A stretch of DNA of 64,000 nt from Scyliorhinus canicula (lineage: Eukaryota). This document shows positions 1-11,136 of the stretch, in pieces (the stretch's first letter is position 1; every line of letters starts with the position of its first letter). The notes under the pieces are model-generated. The model did no database searches, was not told the DNA's origin, and was given only the letters and a program-made list of their open reading frames with translations. A program made the position numbers and the translations under genes. The stretch is taken from positions 248,001 to 312,000 of the forward strand of contig NW_024055820.1 of NCBI RefSeq assembly GCF_902713615.1, written 5' to 3'.

Positions 1-13
1 TTATTAGAAACAT
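1..13 (-). CDS. Start of the leader exon of a TCR V gene that continues off the left edge (partial)
   Basis: Reverse strand reads cagacATG TTT CTA ATA A; the ATG context and the upstream ~150 nt are clearly paralogous to the leader/promoter of the intact V gene at 10912-11100 (cagacATG TTT ATG TTA ATA). Confidence 0.55.
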
Positions 14-128
14 GTCTGATTAAATTTCTCAGTGAATGGGAATGAAATCAGTCAGAGAATGAGAAAGAGAGAGGGATCCCGGGCTCTGTTCAACACATTG
101 TTCCAGCCACAGGGGGTCAGGCCTATTG

Positions 129-138
129 TGACATCACT
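129..138 (-). promoter_or_regulatory. TCR V-promoter decamer/CRE-like element AGTGATGTCA
   Basis: Exact match to the mammalian Vbeta decamer consensus AGTGA(T/C)(G/A)TCA on the V-gene sense strand, ~116 nt upstream of the ATG at 13, with CCAAT boxes nearby. Confidence 0.55.
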
Positions 139-476
139 CAGGACACCATCACGATTGGACTTTAACCAGGTGTTGTCAGACTTCTTACTGCTCGCCCAGG
201 CCGACGCCGGCATCTCCACGTCACTATTGGCTTTGGCATTGATCTCACGTGACTTTCTAATTAGCATACTGCTGCCTGCCTCCCTCTGCTGACGGATTCT
301 CTTCAATCCAATGTATAACTACTGAGTGGGTTTATTGAAATACACATCAAAACACAAATGTCAAATATTGTCTCCCAAAAACCTAAATAGATGACGAAAC
401 GCAATCTTCATTTTTCTGCACAAAGAATCAGCTGTCCCACCCACTGAGTTAAAGCGCACGCAAAAGCTCTGAACTG

Positions 477-541
477 TAAACCAACCAGGAGTGGAACCTG
501 GAATTCGTAGTCAGAAGCGTTATTCATTGGGCCACTGGGCC
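477..541 (-). pseudogene. tRNA-Arg(ACG) pseudogene
   Basis: GGCCCAGTGGCCCAATGAATAACGCTTCTGACTACG--AATTCCAGGTTCCACTCCTGGTTGG aligns to vertebrate tRNA-Arg(ACG), with a deletion 3' of the anticodon and B-box changes. Confidence 0.8.
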
Positions 542-635
542 ACAGCGATGCACGTCATTGGCTATTCCTCGTTGATTGAGACCAATTACGAGATTGAGGT
601 AATATTCAGCAAAATGCAAACTTGGAAGCACGAGA

Positions 636-703
636 TGTTTCTGCCTGGTTTTGAAAAGGGGACCTTTTCAAGGCGAATGTGATAAGCACTACACTACAGA
701 AAC
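636..703 (-). pseudogene. tRNA-Val pseudogene (anticodon arm deleted)
   Basis: GTTTCTGTAGTGTAGTGCTTATCACATTCGCCT--TGAAAAGGTCCCCTTTTCAAAACCAGGCAGAAACA; the anticodon loop is lost and the B box is damaged. Confidence 0.85.
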
Positions 704-1932
704 AGCTGGCAGGCAACGGAAGTGTACAATGTACAACGTCACTGTGTTGCTGCAGATTGTAACAGTGAGGCTGAGAGGCCACGTCACTCATTCCAAGACG
801 ACAGCTGTTTCTTTAAAAAAACAGATGTTTCAACATATAAAACCACGAGTTGCAGAAATTATATCGAAATTAACATAAGTTATATTTTGCTTAATGTCGG
901 TCTTAAATTTGTGCTCTTTGGTCTCGAGGTCTGGTTCTCGTTTAGGGATTTTCAATAAATGCCTATGGGAGCGGTCGTGGGTTTAAATCCAGGACAAGCC
1001 CTTTAGTCCAGGTCAGAGATTATGAATTGTTTGCCATGCTGACGGCGGGGTTGATTTACATTGCCGCACTCTGAAAAAGATTTCTCAGGACTCGGAATGT
1101 TTACGTCGTTTCTCTCCCCACAGATGATGCTCGAGAAAGAGAGACAGTGTCTGAGTTGGAGTGCGTTTGGATAAAATTGATGCTCCAGATCTGTGTTAAC
1201 CACAGGGACGTGACCCATCTAATCCACAGAGCCAAAGTGGAGAATTGAACTGACTGGGGAGCTGGATCTTAACGCTGACCTCCCGGACCTCGGCGTCGTG
1301 AAATGTTCCAAAGAAGCTCAACTGCCACTCGAGGAACAGCAGCGCATCTTTCCCCTGGGCTCAATACAGCTTTCACACTCAGTGTGTGTTCAGCAGTTTC
1401 ACACTGTAAATGCTGCACCCATTGTGTGTGTCCTTACACCGCAGATTTGGGTTTCAATCTTGTTCCACTTGTTCTTTGTGTCCGGGCGGTAGTTGTTGAT
1501 CAATATGCCATCGATAGCTCCTCCAGACATATCTTTTGTTTCTTTGTTTCTTCCATTGCGCTAACAGAGAGCTGGCACAGACACGGCGGCCGGAATGGCC
1601 TCATACTGTGGTGTCATTATTCTCTGATATGATGCTAACCTAACTCGGTGGCCAGGGTCCCAAGGCCTCTTCTCATTTAATCTCTCCTGACTTGCCCCCT
1701 ATTAGAGCCCTTTCCTGTTCTGTTTCCTCCCCCGGTCATTCACTTGGTTAAGACGTCCTACATTTCTAACCTGTCCCGGTTTTAATGAAAGGTGATGGTG
1801 AAAGGCGAACTTTGTTGTCCTGTCGACAAATGCCGCCTGACTACCTGAGATGTTGCAGTACTTTTGGCGTTCTCCGCAGATGTTAGATTGATTTTCGATG
1901 GCAATGACAGTATGGTTTGACTCTTTCCGCAG

Positions 1933-2022
1933 GGCTCGTTGGTCGAGGGGTATGACTCTCGCTTTGGGTGTGTCGTTGTCAGAATTTGCGAAAGGTCCCG
2001 GGTTCAAATCCCAGACGAGCCC
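1933..2022 (+). tRNA. tRNA-Pro(TGG) with 18-nt intron (1969-1986); about 4 substitutions, possibly a pseudogene
   Basis: GGCTCGTTGGTCGAGGGGTATGACTCTCGCTT-TGG-G-[tgtgtcgttgtcagaatt]-TGCGAAAGGTCCCGGGTTCAAATCCCAGACGAGCCC; the insertion sits at canonical 37/38; TTTT ~10 nt downstream. Confidence 0.85.
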
Positions 2023-3043
2023 TTCGATGAGGTTTTCCGTTGGTCAAGCCGCATGATTTCTTTGCGGCGGAGACGGCAGGATTCATTCACATTGGGTTTG
2101 CTTTGAGAAGCTCAGCTCAAACTGCATGGAATAAATACATTCCCGAGAAGCTTGTCTATGTGTGGGCATTCACATTTCTATTGACTAATTCTGGTGGACT
2201 CAGACAGCTCTCTGTCCCTTTCATTTTATCAGTTCAACAACTTCAGACTGTGAACTCTCACTTCCCCCTCCACCACATGTTTTTTCCATCAATTTATCAT
2301 CCCTCAGTATTGCCCCCCTCCCCCCAGCCCATACCATCCTACTTCAGCAATCTGATCCCTGTTTGTAATTGTTCTCTGACGCACTGCTTACCTTTGTTCT
2401 GCCATTAACACATTCTGACCGCTTGATGCAACATCAGCACCTTTCATAGCCTTGAATAGCCTCATTTACATTCCCTTTTTCTTTCTGCCCGAGACACTTT
2501 CGTCATTTCCCACCTATTGCTAGCCCTCTATCGAGGCCCAATACAGCACTCCACCACCCCCACCCCCCACCCACAATCGTCTGAATCCCCAGTTCCAGTT
2601 CTCCAGCTTTGACAAAGAGTCCACTTGACTGGAAACGACAGCTGCCATTTCGCTCCCCAGAGGCTGTCAGACCTGCTGAGATTATCCAGTATTTTCTGTT
2701 TTTGTTTCCGTTTGAAGCATCCGCAGTAAGTTGCATTTGTCATACATTTAGACATGTTTGAGATGGTGATTAAATATGTTCATTTGTAAATCGCTGAAAC
2801 TCTGTTGTGGATGAACTAGCTGCTAATATCCGAGCTGTGCCAAGATATGAAAATTCTTCACCTCTCATTGCCTGCCGAAAATTCAGTGCTTGGGCCTTAA
2901 TGTTCAATTCAGTGTAGTGGCTCGTGTGAGACGAAATTTCATAGTCCTGGAACACACGAGATTCCGGCAACGTTCAGGAAACAGAATTATTTTGTGCCCA
3001 ATAATTGTGCAAACTTTTCTCACACGAAATGCTAAATGTTCGA

Positions 3044-3116
3044 TGTTTCTGCCCGGTTTCGAACCGGGGACTTTCCGCGTGTGAGGCGAATGTGATAACC
3101 ACTACACTACAGAAAC
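3044..3116 (-). tRNA. tRNA-Val(CAC), intact 73 nt
   Basis: GTTTCTGTAGTGTAGTGGTTATCACATTCGCCT-CAC-ACGCGGAAAGTCCCCGGTTCGAAACCGGGCAGAAACA; full cloverleaf with intact A and B boxes. Confidence 0.93.
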
Positions 3117-3542
3117 CGCTGGCAATCAGTGGACGTGCGGAATGTACAACCTCACTGTGTTGCTGCAGATTCTGATGGTCTGTTTGAGAGGCCAGGTCCC
3201 TTGTTGCAAGCGACAGCTGTTTCTTAAATTAACAGATGTCTCAACATATAAAGCCGTGAGATGTAGAAATTATATCGAAATTAACATAAGTTATATTTTG
3301 CTGAATGTCGGTCTCAAATTTGTGCTCTTTGGTCTCGAGGTCTGGTTCTCGTTTAAGGATTTTCAAGCAATGCCTATGGGAGTGGTCGTGGGTTTAAATC
3401 CAGGACAGGCTCTTTACTCCAGGTCAGGGATTACGAATTGTTTGCGATGCTGACGGCGGGGTTGATTTACATTGGCCCACTCTGAAAAAGATTTCTCAGG
3501 ACTCGGAATGTTTACGTCGTTTCTCTCCCCACAGATGATGCT

Positions 3543-3580
<38 letters not shown>

Positions 3581-4369
3581 TGTCTGAGCTGGAGTGCGTT
3601 TGGATAAAATTGATGCTCCAGATCTGTGTTAACCACAGGGACGTGACCCATCTAATCCACAGAGCCAAAGTGGAGAATTGAACTGACTGGGGAGCTGGAT
3701 CTTAACGCTGACCTCCCGGACCTCGGCGTCGTGAAATGTTCCAAAGAAGCTCAACAGCCACTCGAGGAACAGCAGCGCATCTTTCCACTGTGCTCAATAC
3801 AGCTTTCACACTCAGTGTGTGTTCAGTAGTTTCACACTGTAAATGCTGCACGCATTTTGTGTGTCCTTCCATCGCAGTTTGGGTTTCAATCTTGTTTCCA
3901 CTTGTTCTTTGTGTCCGGGCGGTAGTTGTTGATCAATATGCCATCGATAGCTCGTCCAGACATATCTTTTGTTTCTTTGTTTCTTCCATTACGCTGACAG
4001 AGAGCTGGCACAGACACGGCGGCCGGAATGGCCTCATACTGTGGTGTCATTATTCTCTGATTTGATGCCATCCTAACTCTGTGGCCAGGGTCCCAATGCC
4101 TCTTCTCATTTAATCTCTCCTGACTTGCCCCCCATTAGAGCCCTTTCCTGTTGTTCTGTTTCCTCCCTCCGGGAGTTCACTTGGTTAAGACGTACCACAT
4201 TTCTAACCTGTCCCGGTTTTAATGAAAGGTGATGGTGAAAGACGAACTTTGCTGTCCTGTCGAAAAATGCCGCCTGAGTCCCTGAGATGTTGCAGTACTT
4301 TTGGCGTTCTCCGCAGATGTTAGATTGATTTTCGATGGCAATGACAGTATGCTTTGACTCTTTTTGCGG

Positions 4370-4459
4370 GGCTCGTTGGTCTAGGGGTATGATTCTCGCT
4401 TTGGTTGTGTCGCTGTTGGAATTTGCGAGAGGTCCCGGGTTCAAATGCCGGACAAGCCC
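4370..4459 (+). tRNA. tRNA-Pro(TGG) with 18-nt intron (4406-4423); G37T plus T-stem and acceptor-stem mismatches
   Basis: GGCTCGTTGGTCTAGGGGTATGATTCTCGCTT-TGG-T-[tgtgtcgctgttggaatt]-TGCGAGAGGTCCCGGGTTCAAATGCCGGACAAGCCC. Confidence 0.85.
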
Positions 4460-5510
4460 TTCGATGAGGTTTTCCGTTGGTCAAACCGCATGTTTTCTTC
4501 ATTTCTTTGCGGCGCAGACAACGGGATTCATTCACATTGGGTTTGCTTTGAGAAGCTGAGCTCAAACTGCATGGAACCAATACGTTCCCGAGAAGTTTGT
4601 CTATGTGTGGGCGATCACATTTCTATTGACTAATTCTGGTGGACTCAGACAGCTCTTTGTCCCTTTCATTTTATCAGTTCAACAACTTCAGACTGTGAAC
4701 TCTCACTTCCCCCTCCACCACATGTTTTTTCCATCAATTTATCATCCCTTCCATTGATATGTTTTACCCTCAGCATTGCCCCCCTCCCCCCCTCCCCATA
4801 CCATCCTACTTCAGCAATCTGATCCCTGTTTGTAATTGTTCTCTGACGCACTGCTTACCTTTGTTCTGCCATTAACACATTCTGACCGCTTGATGCGCCA
4901 TCAGCACCTTTCATAGCCTTGATTAGCCTCATTTACATTCCCTTTTTCTTTCTGCCCGAGACACTTTCGTCATTTCCCACCTATTGCTAGCCCTCTATCG
5001 AGGCCCAATACAGCACTCCACCACCCCCACCCCCCACCCCCAATCGTCTGAATCTCCAATTCCAGTTCTCCAGCTTTGACAAAGAGTCCACTTGACTGGA
5101 AACGACAGCTGCCATTTCGCTCCCCAGAGGCTGTCAGACCTGCTGAGATTGTCCAGTATTTTCTGTTTTTGTTTCCGTTTGAAGCATCCGCAGTCAGTTG
5201 CATTTGTCACACATTTAGACAGGATTGAGATGGTGATTAAATATGTTCATTTGTAAATCGCTGAAACTCTGTTGTGGATGAACTAGCTGCTAATATCCGA
5301 GGTGTGCCACGATATGAAAATTCTTCACCACTCATTGCCTGCCGAAAATTCAGTGCTTGGGCCTTAATGTTCAATTCAGTGTAGTGGCTAATGTGAGACG
5401 AAATTTCATAGTCCTGGAACACACGAGATTCCGGCAACGTTCAGGAAAGAGAATTATTTTGTGCCCAATAATTGTGCAAACTTTTCTCACACGAAATGCT
5501 AAATGTTCGA

Positions 5511-5578
5511 TGTTTCTGCCCGGTTTCGAACCGGGGACTTTCCGCGTGCGAATGTGATAACCACTACACTACAGAAAC
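5511..5578 (-). pseudogene. tRNA-Val pseudogene (5-nt deletion in the anticodon loop)
   Basis: Same as 3044-3116 except ...ATTCGC-----ACGCGGAAAG...; 68 nt. Confidence 0.9.
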
Positions 5579-6810
5579 CGCTGGCAATCAATGGACGTGC
5601 GGAATGTACAACCTCACTGTGTTGCTGCAGATTCTGATGGTCTGTTTGAGAGGCCAGGTCCCTTGTTGCAAGCGACAGCTGTTTCTTAAATTAACAGATG
5701 TCTCAACATATAAAGCCGTGAGATGTAGAAATTATATCGAAATTAACATAAATTATATTTTGCTGAATGTCGGTCTCAAATTTGTGCTCCTTGGTCTCGA
5801 GGTCTGGTTCTCGTTTAGGGATTTTCAATCAATGCCTATGGGAGTGGTCGTGGGTTTAAATCCAGGACAAGCTCTTTACTCCAGGTCAGAGATTATGAAT
5901 TGTTTGCGATGCTGACGGCGGGGTTGATTTACATTGGCCCACTCTGAAAAAGATTTCTCAGGACTCGGAATGTTTACGTCGTTTGTCTCCCCACAGATGA
6001 TGCTCGAGAGAGAGAGACAGTGTCTGAGCTGGAGTGCGTTTGGATAAAATTGATGCTCCAGATCTGTGTTAACCACAGGGACGTGACCCATCTAATCCAC
6101 AGAGCCAAAGTGGAGAATTGAACTGACTGGGGAGCTGGATCTTAACGCTGACCTCCCGGACCTCGGCGTCGTGAAATGTTCCAAAGAAGCTCAACAGCCA
6201 CTCGAGGAACAGCAGCGCATATTTCCACTGGGCTCAATACAGCTTTCACACTCAGTGTGTGTTCAGTCGTTTCACACTGTAAATGCTGCACCCATTTTGT
6301 GTGTCCTTCCATCGCAGATTTGGGTTTCAATCTTGTTTCCACTTGTTCTTTGTGTCCGGGCGGTAGTTGTTGATCAATATGCCATCGATAGCTCGTCCAG
6401 ACATATCTTTTGTTTCTTTGTTTCTTCCATTACGCTGACAGAGAGCTGGCACAGACACGGCGGTCGGAATGGCCTCATACTGTGGTGTCATTATTCTCTG
6501 ATTTGATGCCATCCTAACTCTGTGGCCAGGGTCCCAAGGCCTCTTCTCATTTAATCTCTCCTGACTTGCCCCCCATTAGAGCCCTTTCCTGTTGTTCTGT
6601 TTCCTCCCTCCGGGAGTTCACTTGGTTAAGACGTACCACATTTCTAACCTGTCCCGGTTTTAATGAAAGGTGATGGTGAAAGACGAACTTTGCTGTCCTG
6701 TCGACAAATGCCGCCTGACTACCTGAGATGTTGCAGTACTTTTGGCGTTCTCCGCAGATGTTAGATTGATTTTCGATGGCAATGACAGTATGCTTTGACT
6801 CTTTTTGCGG

Positions 6811-6900
6811 GGCTCGTTGGTCTAGGGGTATGATTCTCGCTTTGGGTGTGTCACTGTTGGAATTTGCGAGAGGTCGCAGGTTCAAATCCCGGACCAGCCC
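6811..6900 (+). tRNA. tRNA-Pro(TGG) with 18-nt intron (6847-6864); T-stem and acceptor-stem mismatches
   Basis: GGCTCGTTGGTCTAGGGGTATGATTCTCGCTT-TGG-G-[tgtgtcactgttggaatt]-TGCGAGAGGTCGCAGGTTCAAATCCCGGACCAGCCC. Confidence 0.85.
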
Positions 6901-7412
6901 TTCGATGAGGTTTTCCGTTGGTCAAACCGCTGTTTTCTTCATTTCTTTGCGGCGCAGACAACGGGATTCATTCACATTGGGTTTGCTTTGAGAAGCTGAG
7001 CTCAAACTGCATGGAACCAATACGTTCCCCAGAAGCTTGTCTATGTGTGGGCGATCACATTTCTATTGACTAATTCTGGTGGACTCAGACAGCTCTTTGT
7101 CCCTTTCATTTTATTCATCGACAAATTCAGACTGTGAACTCTCACTTCCCCCTCCACCACATGTTTTTTCCATCAACTTATTTCATTTCTTCCATTGGTA
7201 TGTTTTACCCTCAGCACTGCCCACCTCCCCCAGCCTATCCCATCCTACTTCAGCAATCTGATCCCTGTTGCCAATTGTTCTCTGACACACTGCTTACCTT
7301 TGTTCTGCCATTAACACATTCTGACCTCTTAATACGCCACCACCAGCACCTTTAGCCTTGATTAGCCTCATTTACATTTCCTTTTTCATACTGTCCGAGA
7401 TATTTCCGTCAT

Positions 7413-7452
7413 TTTCGCGTGTGTGGCGTATGTGATAATCACTGCACTACAG
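7413..7452 (-). pseudogene. 5' half remnant of tRNA-Val at the deletion junction of the 4th array unit
   Basis: ttttcgcgtgtgtggcgtatgtgataatcactgcactacag matches the Val gene, followed by the same flank as the other copies. Confidence 0.7.
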
Positions 7453-7566
7453 CAATCAGCGGACGTGTGAAATGTGCAACCTGACTGTGTTGCTGCAGAT
7501 TCTAATGGTCTGGTTGAGAGGCCAGGTCACTTATTACAAGACAGCAGCTGTTCCTTGAAAATTAAC

Positions 7567-7654
7567 TGTAAGAAGTCTGTCAACACCAGGTTAAAGTCCA
7601 ACATGTTTGTTTCAAACACTAGCTTTCGGAGCACTGCTCCTTCCTCAGGTGAAT
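7567..7654 (-). mobile_element. Penelope-like pLTR fragment with a minimal hammerhead-like motif (7617-7654)
   Basis: Reverse strand ATTCAC-CTGAGGA-A-GGAGC-AGT-GCTCC-GAAA-GCTA-GTG...; homologous to the 3' end of the Penelope element at 58730-58812. Confidence 0.7.
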
Positions 7655-7947
7655 TTAAAAAACAGATGTCTCAACATAAAAAAACGTGAGCTGTAGAACT
7701 GATATCGAAGTTAACATAAGTTATATTTTGCTTCGGCTCGATCTTAAAATTGGGCTTCTTGGTCCGGAGGTATTGTTCACGCTTGGTGCCCAACTGTCAA
7801 CAGTTTCAACAGTTTAGCCAATCATGTCTCTGGGAAATGCCCTTTCTTTTCCCAGTAACTGAAGCATTCATTAATCTGAATTTTCGCTTTAATACCAGAA
7901 CATATTCAAAATCTGATTGATTCCTGTCGGACTCTAATCCAGACACC

Positions 7948-8370
7948 ATGTATTTCCCATGTTGGTGACTGATAATGAGGTTAAGTTGCCTGGTGAGTCG
8001 ATGTTCTAATGTTCACTGTGTGCTATCTTCACTCCCAGATATTGAAAACATTTTGTGTTTCGTTCCAGGAAGAAATGGTGAAGACTCAGTGTCCCAGGAT
8101 CGATCTGAGATAACGGTTCTGGAAGGACAGAGTATTAAGCTGGACTGTAGATACACAGCTGTTTTGGAAACTATTTTCTGGTACATTCAGTATCACGGGA
8201 ATCCTCCGAGGAATGTAATGAGAATCTATATTTAGGGTAGTCCGGGTAAGTCTCCAGATTTCCAGGCCAGGTTCTTCGGCTGCTTTGCACAAAGAAAACC
8301 AAACGATTCCTTTAAATATCGCCGTGGCTGATCTCTCCGACAGTGCCGTGTATTTCTGCGCCATGGAGCC
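7948..8370 (+). pseudogene. TCR alpha/delta-type V pseudogene (leader 7948-7992, V exon 8069-8370)
   Basis: The leader has an in-frame TGA and the wrong splice phase. V exon ..DSVSQDRSEITVLEGQSIKLDCRY..IFWYIQY.. has TAG at 8233-8235 and a frameshift before ..DSAVYFCAME. Confidence 0.9.
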
Positions 8371-8409
8371 CACACTGCTGCAGAGTTATGAGGGTCCCGT
8401 ACAAACACT
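8371..8409 (+). promoter_or_regulatory. 23-RSS of the V pseudogene
   Basis: CACACTG-23 nt-ACAAACACT. Confidence 0.85.
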
Positions 8410-9943
8410 CACACTGGGAGTTCCAGTCGTTTCTCGGCAGAGGGCGCTCTCACATTGATAGACAGACACAATTAGGCTTGTTCCTGATATGAATTTACTC
8501 TTTAATATCAGAAGAGAAGGGCCACAATCCATTTAAGTTCAATTATTTTCTGTAGAAGTCTCAACGGGACAGTATGTCTCCATGGTGCTTTGAGATAATA
8601 ATCATCATGTTGTTCAGTGAGTCAATATACAAAAAGCCTACAGGCAGAAGGATACCATTCGGTCCATCGAGTCGCCGCTGACCCTCTGAAAGAGCACTCC
8701 TATTTTAATCACTCACCATCGCTGGCCGTGCCTTCAGCTGCCTGGACACAAAGCTCTGTAATTTCCTCCCTAGACCTCTTCACCCTCCCACTTAGAGTCA
8801 TAGAACTATATCGCTTTACAGTTCAAAAGAGGCCCTTCAGCCCAGCGCGCATGGGCTGGCCATCAAAAACTCATCGATTCTAATTGAATTTTCCATCAGT
8901 TGGCCCATAGCCTTGTGTTCAATGCCGTTTGAAGTGCTTATCTAAATGCTTTATAAATGGTGTGAGGGCTACAGCCTTTATCACCCTTTCACGCAGTGAG
9001 TTCCAGGTTCGCATCACCCTCTGGGTAAAAGTGGTTTCCTCAAATCCCCTCTAACCTCCTGCCCCTTAAGTTACGTGTATTCCCACTGGTTATTAGCCCA
9101 TCTACTCAGCGGAAAAGTTCCTTCCTGCTACCCTATCTATGCCCCTCATCGTTTTCTGACATAAACATCAAGAATAACGAAGACAATGTCTAAACCGCTG
9201 CAATTTAGATTTCTGGGACGCATTTGTGGCTTGGTATGTATTTCGGTAAACCCTTAATCAACTCAACATCCACATTCTCAGCTTTGACAAAGGGCCGTCC
9301 ACAATCGAAACGTGAGCTCTCTTTTCGCTTCACAGATGCTGTCAGACCTGCTGAGATTGTCCAGTTATTCCTGGTTTTGTTTCACATTCCAGCGTCCACA
9401 GTAATTAATTTGCTTTTATTTGCACTTAAAACATTATCGATCAATAAATCGATTTTCTATTCTACGCTAAACCCGGCATCATGTACTTCCCACGGCATAG
9501 GCTGATAATATTAGTCGTCTTGTTTGGCGAGTCTCTGTGGCAGTTATTTTACATTTCATGTATTAAGTTCCGCAACAATTGATTTTCTTTTAGAATTTGC
9601 TCATGCTTTTATTGCCAATCATTGCCCTTGCGGGCAATTAAGGTTCAACCACATTGCTTTTATCTGAGATAGGTTTTCAAATCTCCCAGTTACACATCAT
9701 AAGGATATTTCCGATCGTTAATTATATTGCCATCAATGTGTATTAATCTCTTTTATTTTCACATCAAGTATTATCGATCGAGAAGTCGATTTTCTATTTA
9801 AGCCGAGCGCCCGGGGTTTGAGAGCCCTCACCGTGATCCATGCTGTTCGGGAGCACGTCCCTTATCGGAGGAACCTAGCAGCAGGCAAGAGATGCGTTTT
9901 CGATCGAAAATTCGATTTTCTACTGCAGCCTAAAGTAGACACA

Positions 9944-10190
9944 ATGACCCTGCATGATATTAGCAATCGTGTTAGACCGTGAGGCTCTGTTGAAATTCTT
10001 ATTCTCAAATTCATGTCTTAAATACAACAGGAAAGTTTGACACACTCTCTGTTTTGTTACAGGAACGTACGGGACAGACTCAGCGGCCTTGGGCTCACCT
10101 GAGTTAACGGTTCTGGAAGAGCAAACTATAATTTCTGGCAACATTATCTCCACATCTGAGAGTTTTCATTACCCTTGCTAGTACGCGGGT
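9944..10190 (+). pseudogene. Degenerate, 3'-truncated V relic
   Basis: Acceptor ttgttacag|GA ACG TAC GGG ACA GAC TCA..CCT GAG TTA ACG GTT CTG GAA resembles the start of the V exon at 8069; a frameshifted leader-like segment starts at 9944. Confidence 0.5.
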
Positions 10191-10400
10191 ATTCCAAGTT
10201 TTAATTTACCATGTACATCACGTCATGGAGATGATTCTCGTGATTTCCCAAATTGCTCCTCTGTTCACCCGCAGAAGAGCGGAGACACCAATATAACTGT
10301 CTGATAAATAGACCTGACTGTGCTGGTGAATCCAGGATCAAACAATTCCCGCGGACAAGGGCAGGGAAGCAGACTTAATGGAGCTGTGAATACTCGCTGA

Positions 10401-10439
10401 GGTTTTTGTACGGTGCTCTATCTGCTTTCTAACGCTGTG
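10401..10439 (-). promoter_or_regulatory. 23-RSS
   Basis: CACAGCG-23 nt-ACAAAAACC on the reverse strand. Confidence 0.92.
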
Positions 10440-10732
10440 CCTCACTGCACAGTAATAGACCGCCCCGTCATTCACACTGAGAGCGCTTATATTGAGGTAA
10501 CCGTTCTGTTTAGACTTGTCAGCAGCCGCCAGGTATCGTCCTGAAACTTTCTCTTCCTTCAGAGCTAATGCATTGCTAATAATCCGGATTGGTGGTTGTG
10601 CCGTTTTCTGCTGATACCATTGCATGTAGTCCATATTGGGGTCTGTGTATTCACAATCTAACCGCGCTGATTCCCCTTCTGACGCAGTTTCTGTCACCGG
10701 TGACTGAGTGACTGGATTTGCACTTTGACCGC
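10440..10732 (-). CDS. TCR alpha/delta-type V exon (intact)
   Basis: ..NPVTQSPVTETASEGESARLDCEY..MQWYQQKTAQPP..LNISALSVNDGAVYYCAVR; conserved C, W and YYC; acceptor ttcacag|GC; RSS immediately downstream. Confidence 0.93.
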
Positions 10733-10911
10733 CTGTGAAGGTAGAGAAATGAAGCATGAAGAGTTTAATCTTAATTGATCTAAATGTGTTTGTATATGTG
10801 TAATGTGTGGAAACTCAACTGTACTTATCATTTCTGATCGTAAATTACATTGTATGTTATTGCAATCTATAACCTGCTAATCTGGCATGGTGAGTAGTGA
10901 TAATTACTTAC

Positions 10912-10945
10912 CGCACAATAGCGTCGCCAGTATTAACATAAACAT
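10912..10945 (-). CDS. Leader exon of the V gene at 10440-10732
   Basis: ATG..MFMLILATLLC G|gtaagt; phase 1 matches the V-exon acceptor. Confidence 0.88.
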
Positions 10946-11068
10946 GTCTGACTGCATCTCTCTGAGTGAATGGGAATGGAATGAGGCAGAGATTGAGAGG
11001 AGAGAGGGAACCTGGTCTCTGTAAAGCTGATTGGTCCTTCGGCATATTGCAGCGGCCCAGGCCCTTTG

Positions 11069-11078
11069 TGACCTCACT
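11069..11078 (-). promoter_or_regulatory. Decamer/CRE-like promoter element AGTGAGGTCA
   Basis: 9/10 match to the Vbeta decamer, ~124 nt upstream of the ATG, at the same position as the element at 129-138. Confidence 0.5.
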
Positions 11079-11136
11079 GAGACTACGACGCTTATTGGCT
11101 ACAACGGTCCGTCGCAGAACTTCATCATCCCCATGA

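Larger units (their letters stand above)
636..7790. repeat. Tandem array of ~2.4-kb units (3 units plus a truncated 4th), each with tRNA-Val (-), tRNA-Pro (+), a (GA)n microsatellite and Penelope-type 3' fragments
   Basis: Anchor spacings: Val 636/3044/5511 (2408, 2467 nt) and Pro 1933/4370/6811 (2437, 2441 nt); near-identical ORF-track peptides recur in each unit. Confidence 0.95.

Noticed and set aside
651-7355. Many 60-150-aa ORFs repeated three times
   Set aside because: They are overlapping frames with no domain signatures that shift between units; explained by the tandem tRNA cassette.
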